From an uncultured Candidatus Peribacteria bacterium (lineage in GTDB: Bacteria; Patescibacteriota; Gracilibacteria; UBA1369): a stretch of 64,000 nt of DNA. The stretch covers positions 133,749 through 197,748 of the forward strand of contig CAZGSD010000001.1 of assembly GCA_964528305.1 (NCBI GenBank). Direction: 5' to 3'. The notes beneath the pieces were generated by a model that was given only the letters and a program-made list of their open reading frames with translations, made no database searches and had not been told where the DNA came from. The translations under genes and the position numbers were made by a program. This document shows, piece by piece, positions 46,001-53,871 of this stretch; the first letter of the stretch is position 1, and every line of letters starts with the position of its first letter.

Positions 46001-49000
46001 GATAGCCGCGTGGTGAGCCAGGGAGAGGTGCAGACGGACGAAAAAGGAAATGCTCAAATTGTTTTGCCGCTGAATTTGAATGATCAGAAAATTAGCCAGA
46101 TTTATACATTGGAGGTGAGAGTGCAGGATGCTAATAATCAGGGAGTGAGCAGTCGTATCAGCATACCGGTACATAAAGGTGAAATTTATGTGGGTGTGCG
46201 CAGCCGAGATTATGTGGTGAATGCGGGGCAGCCGGCAGCAGTGGAGGTGCTCGCGGTCAGCCGTGAGGGCCGGCTGCAGGGTGGGCAGGCGGTGGAACTC
46301 TCTCTGTTTGAACGCAATTGGAATACGGTGAAGCGTAAAAATGTGGATGGAGATTTCTATTTTGAAAATAGTTATGAAGATAAGTTGGTGGAGAAAAAAC
46401 AAGTGACTACTAGTAGCGAGGGATTAGCGGTGGCTGAATTTAATTTGAAGAAAGGTGGGAATTATTTAGTTGAAGCCGTGGGCCGCGATAGCCGTGGCAA
46501 TGTGGTGAGCAGCTCGACTAGTATTTATGCCAGTACGGGAGAATTTGTGAATTGGGGTAATGCCAATAATGATAAAATTGAATTGATAGCTGACAAGATG
46601 GAATATCAGGTGGGTGAGACGGCCCGTGTTTTGATCAAATCTCCTTATCGTGGCGTGTATGCGTTGGTGACTTATGAAAAAGACCGCGTGCTCGATCAGA
46701 AAGTGATTAAACTCAATTCCAACACGCAAACAATAGAAATACCCGTGACGGAAAAGTTTTTGCCCAATGTTTTTGTATCAGTAGTGCTAGCCAAAGGGAA
46801 TAGTTATGATGCTGGATTAATGGCTCCGCCCAATGGTGAAGTTGATGATAGAAAAGTGGCTGGCTTCAAGGTTGGTTACACAACTTTGCAAGTGAACACT
46901 GCCAGTAAACGTTTGAATGTGAATATAAAGAGTGATAAAGAGCGCTACGCTCCCGGAGAAAAAGTGCGGTTACAACTGAATAGTACTGATTTAAATGGTA
47001 AACCAGTGCCAGCCGAACTGTCCGTGGCAGTGGTGGATGAAAGCGTTTTATCTCTGACAGAAAGCGTCACTGCTGACTTGCTGAATGTGTTTTACCGCCG
47101 CCGGTTGCTGGCGGTAAATATTGCTCATACTTTGACCAAGGCTATTTCGCGCGTCAATGTGCAGGTGGAAGCGGGACTCAAAGGCGGCGGTGGTGGGTCT
47201 GCGGCTAAACGAGGTACTTTTAAGGATACTGCTTATTTCCAAGCTAATTTACAGACTGACGCTAATGGGCAAGGTGCTTTGGAATTTACTTTGCCGGATA
47301 ATTTAACAACCTGGAAGGTGGCGGCTATCGGCATCAGTAATGATAGCGGTCGAGAGGCTCGCAGCCTGGTTGGTAGTGGACAGCATTCTTTCCTTGCTAA
47401 TAAAGATATTTTACTGCGCCCAGTTTTGCCACGCTTTGCTACCAGTGGAGATGAGATGGAAGTGGCGGCTATAGTGCATAATTATACAAGTAGTGAGCAA
47501 CGAGTACGGGTCGGACTGGATGCTCAGGGAATGAAATTACGTGAAAGTCGAGAAAAAATAGTAAATATTAAATCTGGGCAATCAAGCAAAGTGACTTGGA
47601 AAGTTTTAGTAGAATCAGCTCCTCTGGCTAGTGTGAATTATCAAGTACTAGATGACAAAGGTGGTGTGGCTGATAGTGTGGCCCAGGCTTTACCACTAAA
47701 AGCCGGCAGCCTGCCAGAGGAAGTGGCTATGAATACTGTGGTCAGTGGTGAAAATAAGGAAATAGAAAAAGTTTGGCTGCCAGCCGGCCTGGATTTGTCT
47801 CAAGGTCAGCTGCGCATAGAAATTGCTGCCACATTGAGTGGGGCTTTGCAGCGTATGATAGATGAATTGCGCGCCATGCCCTATGGTCATACTGAAGCGT
47901 TGAGTAGTTCATTACTGGCGAATTCTGCCCTGAAGAAATTAACTACCACCAGCAAATGGGCTGCTGATAAATGGCCGGCCAAAGATTTGGATGCCCGCAT
48001 ACAATCTGATTTGCAGCAACTGTATAAACTGCAGCATCCGGATGGTAGTTTTGGCATGTGGATGAATTCTATGTCTTCCCCCTACTTAACGGCACAAGTG
48101 CTTAATGCTATGCAGGAAGCACGCGCGGCTGGAATGGCAATTGATGAGAATATTTGGAAAAACACCTTGGCTTATCTGAATAAGCAAGCTGATAGACCAT
48201 TGAATCAAGAAGGTCTGACTCCCGATGAAAAAGCTTTTATTTTGTATGCTTTGAGTGAAGCTGGACAAAATGTCACGGCTTTCAACAATAATTTATATGC
48301 ACAGCTAGCTGCTCTGGATGTGACTGGGCGGGCCTATCTGGCTATGGCTTATCAACTGTCCGGGCAAGGTGACGCTGCGGCAGCGGAAAAAGTTAATGCT
48401 CTCAAAAAAGCTCTAGAAAATGCCGCTCAACAAACTCCACGTGGCGTGAGTTTTAGAATGGAAAAATTCCAATATTCTTATTTTGATACGCAGGTGAAAA
48501 CTGATGCTATCGCTCTCAAAACTCTGCAAAGACTGGATAGCAATAATCCGCTAATACCGAAAATAATATCTTCGCTGTTTACCGAAAGAAAGGGCGGCCG
48601 CTTTGCTACCAGCCAAGAAAATGCGCTGGCCTTGGAGGCTTTGCTGGAATATCTGGGAAGCTCAGGCGAACTAGCGGCCGCCTATCAGGCACAGGTCATG
48701 TTGAATGGCCGGGAGGTGTTGAAGGAAAAGTTCACCAGTGAAAATTTGACCGCCGGAAAAACTGTGGACATTGCCCTGCGTGATCTCTTGGCTGATAATC
48801 TGGATAATGAAATTGCCCTGCAGAAAACAGGCCTGGGCAAAATGTATACAGATATTACCTTGAAATACTTCTTGCCACTATTGGAGCAGGTTGCTGCCAA
48901 TGAAGGCCTGGAAGTGGAGCAGGAATATTTCACATTGGAAGACTTGAAAATGGAAAAGCCGTTGGATAAGGGACCGGCCGGCGCTACGCTGCGGGCCAAG

Positions 49001-49354
49001 ATGACTGTGATTGTACCGGAGGATAGGCATTATGTGTTGGTGGAGGATATGTTGCCGGCCGGCCTGGAAGGCATTGATTTCAATCTGAAGACCTCTGATC
49101 AAAGTTTAGATGATGGCAAGATCAATGATTGTATTTATGATTGTGCCGACTGGTATTTCAATCATTTCGAAGTGAAAGATGATCGCGTGACTTATTTTGC
49201 CGACTTCCTGCCTCGCGGTGTCTATGAGATAGAATATTATGTACGGGCTACCACTCCTGGAAAGTTTGCCGACTTGCCGGCGGTGGCCAAAGAGAATTTC
49301 TATCCGGAAGTGTTTGGTCGCAGTAGCGGTAAAGAATTCGTTATTACTCCCTAA
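43025..49354 (+). CDS. Giant alpha-2-macroglobulin-like surface protein (2109 aa) with an N-terminal cytoplasmic segment and a single TM; thioester motif absent
   Basis: About 80 cytoplasmic residues precede the TM (WAVALAGLILVVLGAVISYPLI). Ig/MG-like repeats follow, then a TED-like region in which the expected PYGCxEQ reads MPYGHTEALSS (HTEA at 47888-47899). The start lies 3 nt after the sigma factor stop. Confidence 0.75.
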   Translation: MFKRNQKIRDLEKALQDGIKNPAMAELLEAINKNAPKQARAEFRDNLKAKLLNSFNMRKAEKHDREAGLGFQLWRDLRFRGWAVALAGLILVVLGAVISYPLIPAPTVQGYLLKGATREMSANAPFQITFSQLMDHGSVEKNFQIEPIIPGKFRWKGNTMIYETGQTLKDGDVYKITIGEGALSLLRKPLASEYSEFYKIVKSPQVALITPNDGSVAVPVDSKINIMFDRPMTGLTTLGAGRQNFPAVKLEPAVRGRWKWLGTSTMQFIPESLQEATSYRVVVPAGTEVLDGGRTENEVVASFETARPELIQMWATDSQTPTEFSPRSKIKLTFNQKVDLASATSLIKLKRLEKGQEVEEVLRVRYFTEQDYRDEQNQSMDLQAMNQMEEIKEESGVNTAVLPPSKPTQAELSKSLIVESQSNLQVGLPYRLTVMAGIRGAAGPLTTLADQNFEIPAMMDLQMTGAGNVEIAPDSDVTLARVTLPYNARMDLRSFRDKITVNPPVKDEKGLLVKANVTTADSPNNIRIDYDYQPATDYTITVAAGVKDIFGRSWNQPAEIKFRTPNFRPALLLETGTDISVVDGSKPSHFYLKSTNIDYADVKLKNLSRDEFVSFYGSGWLDYAAINISGEGNLWTGRLPIKLATNQRGHTLLDLDKLTGAKLSPGFYQMEISNPAVLKNQCDYQGVCQKKMKVEKTLFVVSKSALAVKFNTKEMLVWSTNLSKGEPVKDMKISVLGIGGNATSDASGLARITLADTDADGGYRDYLIFGETADGDISFAHSTWSEGIAPWNFGINSESIAPEYYGYVYTDRPIYRPDQEVFFKGIVRQEKQDKFRLPTAKTVQVTIDDPLGNRVLTKDLPLSSNGTFSGSLKLGKNINSGDYYMRAMLTDVTGPEWLRQFTSSFRVYEYRKPEYKLDLITDRPEYVNGEQAKVTVNAGYFFGAPLPKAKVSWNLQAKDYYFILPEELAGKLAGSWFSFASEGLFCYWGCQSDSRVVSQGEVQTDEKGNAQIVLPLNLNDQKISQIYTLEVRVQDANNQGVSSRISIPVHKGEIYVGVRSRDYVVNAGQPAAVEVLAVSREGRLQGGQAVELSLFERNWNTVKRKNVDGDFYFENSYEDKLVEKKQVTTSSEGLAVAEFNLKKGGNYLVEAVGRDSRGNVVSSSTSIYASTGEFVNWGNANNDKIELIADKMEYQVGETARVLIKSPYRGVYALVTYEKDRVLDQKVIKLNSNTQTIEIPVTEKFLPNVFVSVVLAKGNSYDAGLMAPPNGEVDDRKVAGFKVGYTTLQVNTASKRLNVNIKSDKERYAPGEKVRLQLNSTDLNGKPVPAELSVAVVDESVLSLTESVTADLLNVFYRRRLLAVNIAHTLTKAISRVNVQVEAGLKGGGGGSAAKRGTFKDTAYFQANLQTDANGQGALEFTLPDNLTTWKVAAIGISNDSGREARSLVGSGQHSFLANKDILLRPVLPRFATSGDEMEVAAIVHNYTSSEQRVRVGLDAQGMKLRESREKIVNIKSGQSSKVTWKVLVESAPLASVNYQVLDDKGGVADSVAQALPLKAGSLPEEVAMNTVVSGENKEIEKVWLPAGLDLSQGQLRIEIAATLSGALQRMIDELRAMPYGHTEALSSSLLANSALKKLTTTSKWAADKWPAKDLDARIQSDLQQLYKLQHPDGSFGMWMNSMSSPYLTAQVLNAMQEARAAGMAIDENIWKNTLAYLNKQADRPLNQEGLTPDEKAFILYALSEAGQNVTAFNNNLYAQLAALDVTGRAYLAMAYQLSGQGDAAAAEKVNALKKALENAAQQTPRGVSFRMEKFQYSYFDTQVKTDAIALKTLQRLDSNNPLIPKIISSLFTERKGGRFATSQENALALEALLEYLGSSGELAAAYQAQVMLNGREVLKEKFTSENLTAGKTVDIALRDLLADNLDNEIALQKTGLGKMYTDITLKYFLPLLEQVAANEGLEVEQEYFTLEDLKMEKPLDKGPAGATLRAKMTVIVPEDRHYVLVEDMLPAGLEGIDFNLKTSDQSLDDGKINDCIYDCADWYFNHFEVKDDRVTYFADFLPRGVYEIEYYVRATTPGKFADLPAVAKENFYPEVFGRSSGKEFVITP

Positions 49355-49357
49355 ATT

Positions 49358-50011
49358 ATGGACAATAAAAAGGCTTTGCGCCGGGAAATTTTACGTAAAT
49401 GTATTCATTTGCTGGAGCTGCCAGTACTGCTTGGTTATACAATTATTGCTGCTTTATACGGACATAAAGTTGGTATCCTGGCCCTGACCATACTACTGAT
49501 AATTCTTTTGGAAATTGAATACATCAGACTGGAATACAAGCTAAGGCTGCCAGCGGTAATAGATATATTGCGCCGCCATGAAAAAGATCATATTACCGGC
49601 AGTATCTTTTTTGTGGCTTCCACCATCATCTGCTTCGCGGCCTTTGACTATCCTATCGCCCTGCTGGCCATGCTGCTGACCGTTTTTGGTGATCTGATGT
49701 CCGCTCTGGTGGGCATAATCGCCGGCCGCACCAGAATATACCGCCGCAAAACATTGGAGGGATTTCTAGCCGGGCTACTGACCAATATGCTGGTGGGCTA
49801 CGCCGTCATGCCCGGCGAGTGGCAAATGTTTTTGCCGATGGCTTTGACTGCCAGTGTCGTGGAACTCTGGACTGGCAAATTGGATGACAATTTGACCGTG
49901 CCACTCGCTGCTTCTTTTGTTGGACAGACTGTGCTGTTTTTTGGGCTGAGTAGTCTGACTAGTTTCCCGGGACCTCTGCTGCAGATGATTATGAGGATTT
50001 GGCCTTTTTAG
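49358..50011 (+). CDS. Polytopic membrane protein, dolichol kinase / CdsA-like cytidylyltransferase family
   Basis: ...FGDLMSALVGIIAGRTRIYRRKTLEGFLAGLL... resembles the C-terminal motif of the CTP-dependent polyprenol kinase / CdsA family. Confidence 0.45.
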   Translation: MDNKKALRREILRKCIHLLELPVLLGYTIIAALYGHKVGILALTILLIILLEIEYIRLEYKLRLPAVIDILRRHEKDHITGSIFFVASTIICFAAFDYPIALLAMLLTVFGDLMSALVGIIAGRTRIYRRKTLEGFLAGLLTNMLVGYAVMPGEWQMFLPMALTASVVELWTGKLDDNLTVPLAASFVGQTVLFFGLSSLTSFPGPLLQMIMRIWPF

Positions 50012-51311
50012 AGTTTCTGCTTTTTTTTACTGATTTGGTTTTTCCAGATTTGGCGATTGGAGTGTCTGGGGGAGTATTATCTTCGGCGATAGTGGTAAGG
50101 GGTGGCAATTCAAGACGATGCTGGGACTCTGGCTCAGCTGGTTGAGATTCAACGAGCGAAGAGGCAGGAGGATTTTCTACTGTTGAAACTGGCGTGGCCT
50201 GCAGCTCGGACTCGAGACTGGCGATAGTGTCCAGGACTATGGCCGCAGAACGCTGCCAATTGAATTTACGGGCGTGATGAAAGCCTTTTTCCAGCAAGGT
50301 ATTACGCAATTGTGGATTTTCAATCAGGCTGATGATGGCATCGGCAATTTTTGGTGAATTTTTGGGATCGATGAGCAAGCCGGCGTCTCCGATAACTTCC
50401 GGCATAGCTGAGACGTTGGAAGCGATCACTGGACAGCCGCTGGACATGGCCTCCAGTGGTGGGATGCCAAAGCCCTCATATAGAGAGGGGAAAACAAAAA
50501 CTTCGGCGGCGTTATAGATATGATGTAAATCCTGATCTCCGACATAACCTGTGAAAATGACGTCTTCACCCAATTGATGTTCATGGACCAGACGATGCAA
50601 CTCCTGCCATTGCCAGCCATTTTTCCCTACTATGACCAGTTTATATTCCGGGAATTTTCTTTTGACTATAACGAAACTTTTGATGAGGGCGGCAAAATTT
50701 TTGCGTGGTTCTAGAGTACCAACGCCCAGGATAAATTTTTCTGGTAATTGATATTTTTTGATAACTTTGGCGGTGTTGGCAGGCACAATTTCACGCGTGT
50801 AAATGTGGTGAGGCGCGCAGGGAACCTCGACAAAGAGAGATTTAGGGCGGTTAAACAGGCGGATAATATCGTTTTGGGTATTTTCGGAAACCACCAGGAT
50901 GCGCGCTGATTTTTTTAAAGTGAGTCTGAGAGTTACTTTTTCAATCAAGACAGCTTTTTTGGAATGATTTTTGGGGAAAAGAAAAGCTACAGCGTCATGC
51001 ACCACTGGCATGATTTTCAACCAGCGTGGAGCGAGGCTGGGAATAATATAACTGGTGGGAGCCAGATAGAGGTCGGGGCGCAATAATTTCAGATCTTTGA
51101 GCACATTCAAATGCCATTTCAAACCATTACCACCGATTTGCCGAAATTCAACATTATCATAAGATGGAAAAGGTGATTTGGGTTGATGAGAATAAAGTAT
51201 GTATTGATTATGCCTGTCCTGTGCCAACATCTCCCCTACCAAACCGAATGTCAAAAAACCTTTGCCCGCTTTTTCGCCGTCAGCATCGCGAATATCTATG
51301 GCAATTTTCAT
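49989..51311 (-). CDS. Family 4 glycosyltransferase with a disordered Pro/Ser/Lys-rich C-terminal tail
   Basis: FVFPSLYEGFGIPPLEAMSSGCPVIASN is a GT4 EX7E motif. It overlaps the convergent upstream gene by 23 nt. Confidence 0.8.
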   Translation of the reverse strand: MKIAIDIRDADGEKAGKGFLTFGLVGEMLAQDRHNQYILYSHQPKSPFPSYDNVEFRQIGGNGLKWHLNVLKDLKLLRPDLYLAPTSYIIPSLAPRWLKIMPVVHDAVAFLFPKNHSKKAVLIEKVTLRLTLKKSARILVVSENTQNDIIRLFNRPKSLFVEVPCAPHHIYTREIVPANTAKVIKKYQLPEKFILGVGTLEPRKNFAALIKSFVIVKRKFPEYKLVIVGKNGWQWQELHRLVHEHQLGEDVIFTGYVGDQDLHHIYNAAEVFVFPSLYEGFGIPPLEAMSSGCPVIASNVSAMPEVIGDAGLLIDPKNSPKIADAIISLIENPQLRNTLLEKGFHHARKFNWQRSAAIVLDTIASLESELQATPVSTVENPPASSLVESQPAEPESQHRLELPPLTTIAEDNTPPDTPIAKSGKTKSVKKSRNSKKAKSS

Positions 51312-51374
51312 ATTGTTCCTGAGGTATTAATCTAGTAAATTCTGGTAGTGTGATGGTAATCGATTTCTGTTAAT

Positions 51375-52355
51375 TTGTCACTAATGAAAAATATACACAA
51401 AAATTTATGGGGAGGTTTGTCAAGCAGTCAGAAATTAAATTTGATTGGAGCCGGGCTGCTGATCATCAGTTTATTTTTGGACTGGTATAGCGATAAGGAT
51501 ATTTTCCGCAGTGGTGATAGTTATTCCGCCATGTCCGGGCCGCTTTATCTGGCTGGGGTGACTATGCTGGTGCTGGCTGGGGCTCATGTGCTGCTGACGT
51601 TGGCGCCGACACTGCGATTGCCGGTGTTGAAACATTGGTCGTCTAAAAAAAGTGGAGGTTGGCAAATGGCTGCTGGAGCGGCAACTATGTATTTGCTGAT
51701 GCTGGTGAATTCGGTTTATTTTCATCCGCAATTTGGATTGAATATTTTGAGCAAACGCTCTGAAATAGGGGTAATTGTGGCGCTTTCTGCCACAGTGATG
51801 ATGTGTCTGGGTGGGTATTTGGTTTGGCGGAAATCGGCGCAGGGAAATTCTTTGGCAGCGGCGGCTGTTGTAAAAATTGACGAAACTCCTGCTCCTGTGA
51901 GCGTGCCGGAAATTACAGCACGGGAAATGATAGCTCGGAATAGAGTACATCAGAGAGTCGAAGTTGCTCCGGCTGTTACTGAGCCACAGCCAATGATAGC
52001 ACCGGAGAATATGCCGACGGTTGAGGTCTCAGCTACTTCGCCTGATGCTGAAAAAATGGATACTGTTTACAAAGTCGAACAAGATAGAAGTAAACTTTAT
52101 GAGAATTTGCGCAAAACCATGCTGCGTGACACCATGACTCCACAACAACGTAAAAAGGAGCGAGCTAGAGAAAATCAAATTAATGCTTTTTCAGCTAATT
52201 TTGGGAAAGGGCAAAAACTACCTGTAAGTGCCCCCTCTGGTGGAGCTAGTGTGGGTGAATTGCAAGGAGCCCGTGAGCGGGTAGCGACGGTTGCGGCTGG
52301 CCAAGCGGCAACAACGGCCGTGAAGAAACCACAGATGTATCGCATGGATTTATAA
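51375..52355 (+). CDS. Hypothetical membrane protein (4 TM N-terminal half, disordered C-terminal half)
   Basis: 326-aa ORF with hydrophobic segments in residues about 20-150. No recognisable motif. Confidence 0.55.
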   Translation: MSLMKNIHKNLWGGLSSSQKLNLIGAGLLIISLFLDWYSDKDIFRSGDSYSAMSGPLYLAGVTMLVLAGAHVLLTLAPTLRLPVLKHWSSKKSGGWQMAAGAATMYLLMLVNSVYFHPQFGLNILSKRSEIGVIVALSATVMMCLGGYLVWRKSAQGNSLAAAAVVKIDETPAPVSVPEITAREMIARNRVHQRVEVAPAVTEPQPMIAPENMPTVEVSATSPDAEKMDTVYKVEQDRSKLYENLRKTMLRDTMTPQQRKKERARENQINAFSANFGKGQKLPVSAPSGGASVGELQGARERVATVAAGQAATTAVKKPQMYRMDL

Positions 52356-52358
52356 TTT

Positions 52359-52769
52359 TTGTTTATGAATAGAATGTCAGGAAATACAGATAGGCGCCGG
52401 GGGCGTGGCGGCAGCAGACCACCAGTCGGCCGCCGTGGAGACCGCCGTGGGTATCGCCCCAGAGGTGGTGCGGCGGCTAATAGCCAGCCAGCAGACCAGA
52501 GCCCCATGCCCGAAGGAATGGTGTTTTATTGCAAGAGTTGCAAACAGATAGTGGATTACAAACCAACGGATTTTAATTTTAAATATCCCATTGAAAACTG
52601 CCTGAAAGAAAAATCTGATGCCCCGGCAGAAAAAAAGGCGGAGATGATGTGCGATTTGGCCTATGGCAGTGAGCGCAGCATCAAACATTATTATAAAATC
52701 AAAGATGATAGACTGGATGCGGAGCGGCGGGAGAGGGAGGAAAAGGCGGCGCGGGCGGATAAGTTGTAG
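52359..52769 (+). CDS. Hypothetical protein with an Arg/Gly-rich N-terminus
   Basis: 136 aa (RRRGRGGSRPPVGRRGDRRGYRPRGG...), starting 3 nt after the previous gene. One CxxC is present. Confidence 0.5.
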   Translation: MFMNRMSGNTDRRRGRGGSRPPVGRRGDRRGYRPRGGAAANSQPADQSPMPEGMVFYCKSCKQIVDYKPTDFNFKYPIENCLKEKSDAPAEKKAEMMCDLAYGSERSIKHYYKIKDDRLDAERREREEKAARADKL

Positions 52770-52792
52770 GGGGATGATTTAAGTAGCTAATT

Positions 52793-53176
52793 ATGCCGAG
52801 ACCCAGAGAAATAGATTTTGGTTTCATGTATGAAAGTCCCAAAATATGGAGATTGAATATTCCAGATGAAGAAATTTCAATATCTGAATTAGAGTCTAAC
52901 TTGGATATTCCTTATTTAGAAAAAGAAGCTACGGATGACTGGAATCTCACTTTAAGAGAATTAGTCACCAATCCAGAAAAAGAGCCTACTCACTATAGAC
53001 GTGTTAAAAATGTGCAGCTGGAATATCCAATCGAAATTTATTTCTTTGAAGGATCCTGGAAAATTTTAGATGGGGTACATCGATTTTGCAAAGCTATTCT
53101 TGAAGGAAAAAAGACAATCAGGGTAAGAAAAGTAACAGATGCTATGATCCCAAAGATTTTGAAAGATGATGCTTAA
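52793..53176 (+). CDS. Hypothetical protein, possibly ParB/sulfiredoxin-like fold
   Basis: 127 aa. ...YPIEIYFFEGSWKILDGVHRFCKAILEG... resembles the DGxHR motif of ParB N-terminal-like domains. It sits in the AT-rich segment. Confidence 0.35.
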   Translation: MPRPREIDFGFMYESPKIWRLNIPDEEISISELESNLDIPYLEKEATDDWNLTLRELVTNPEKEPTHYRRVKNVQLEYPIEIYFFEGSWKILDGVHRFCKAILEGKKTIRVRKVTDAMIPKILKDDA

Positions 53177-53296
53177 ATTACCTACTTTGGATTATTTAGG
53201 CTGGATTTGGTTGTTACAGCTGAAATAACTTGATATCCCTAAAAACCATGGATAAGTTGTAGTTAGGTTAAATATTATTCAATATTTTTATGAAAA

Positions 53297-53830
53297 ATGA
53301 ACAAAATTATTACAATAATGTTAGTGATTAGTTCTATGCTTCTAACTGGCTGTGTTGGCAATCAAGAAAAACAAACAACTGTAATTAAAGAAAGGAATAT
53401 CTTTGAACATGAACAATTTTCTATTGTATTACCAGCACCGTATACAGTAGATGCCAATAGCATTCACCCCAAGAAAGAAAATGCTTTTCTCCCTATTGTT
53501 TTTGGCAGCTCAAAAGAAGAAATTGAAACAACTAAACTCCTAGAGTTTACAGAAGAGTGGTTCAAAAATTTATGTGACCAAACAGATGTTTGTGGCAAAA
53601 TTATCAGTAGCGAGACTAAGATAATTGATGCTAACAATGCCCTCAAATTTACTGTTCAATATCAAGGTAGAAGTCTGGAAGACAGGAATGGTTATCTAAA
53701 TGAATATCATTATTCTATTCTGAAAGGTGGGAATCTCCTTCAGTTCTGGACATCAGCATCTGATCTAGAAAATCCAGAAAAAATAAGCAAATCATTTGAT
53801 GACATAATAGAGACTATCTTGTTTAAATAA
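53297..53830 (+). CDS. Putative lipoprotein
   Basis: MNKIITIMLVISSMLLTGC contains the lipobox LTGC. The gene is in the AT-rich segment. Confidence 0.6.
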   Translation: MNKIITIMLVISSMLLTGCVGNQEKQTTVIKERNIFEHEQFSIVLPAPYTVDANSIHPKKENAFLPIVFGSSKEEIETTKLLEFTEEWFKNLCDQTDVCGKIISSETKIIDANNALKFTVQYQGRSLEDRNGYLNEYHYSILKGGNLLQFWTSASDLENPEKISKSFDDIIETILFK

Positions 53831-53871
53831 AGTGTTTTGGCATATCATCTAATAGTGTGTATGGAGTGATT

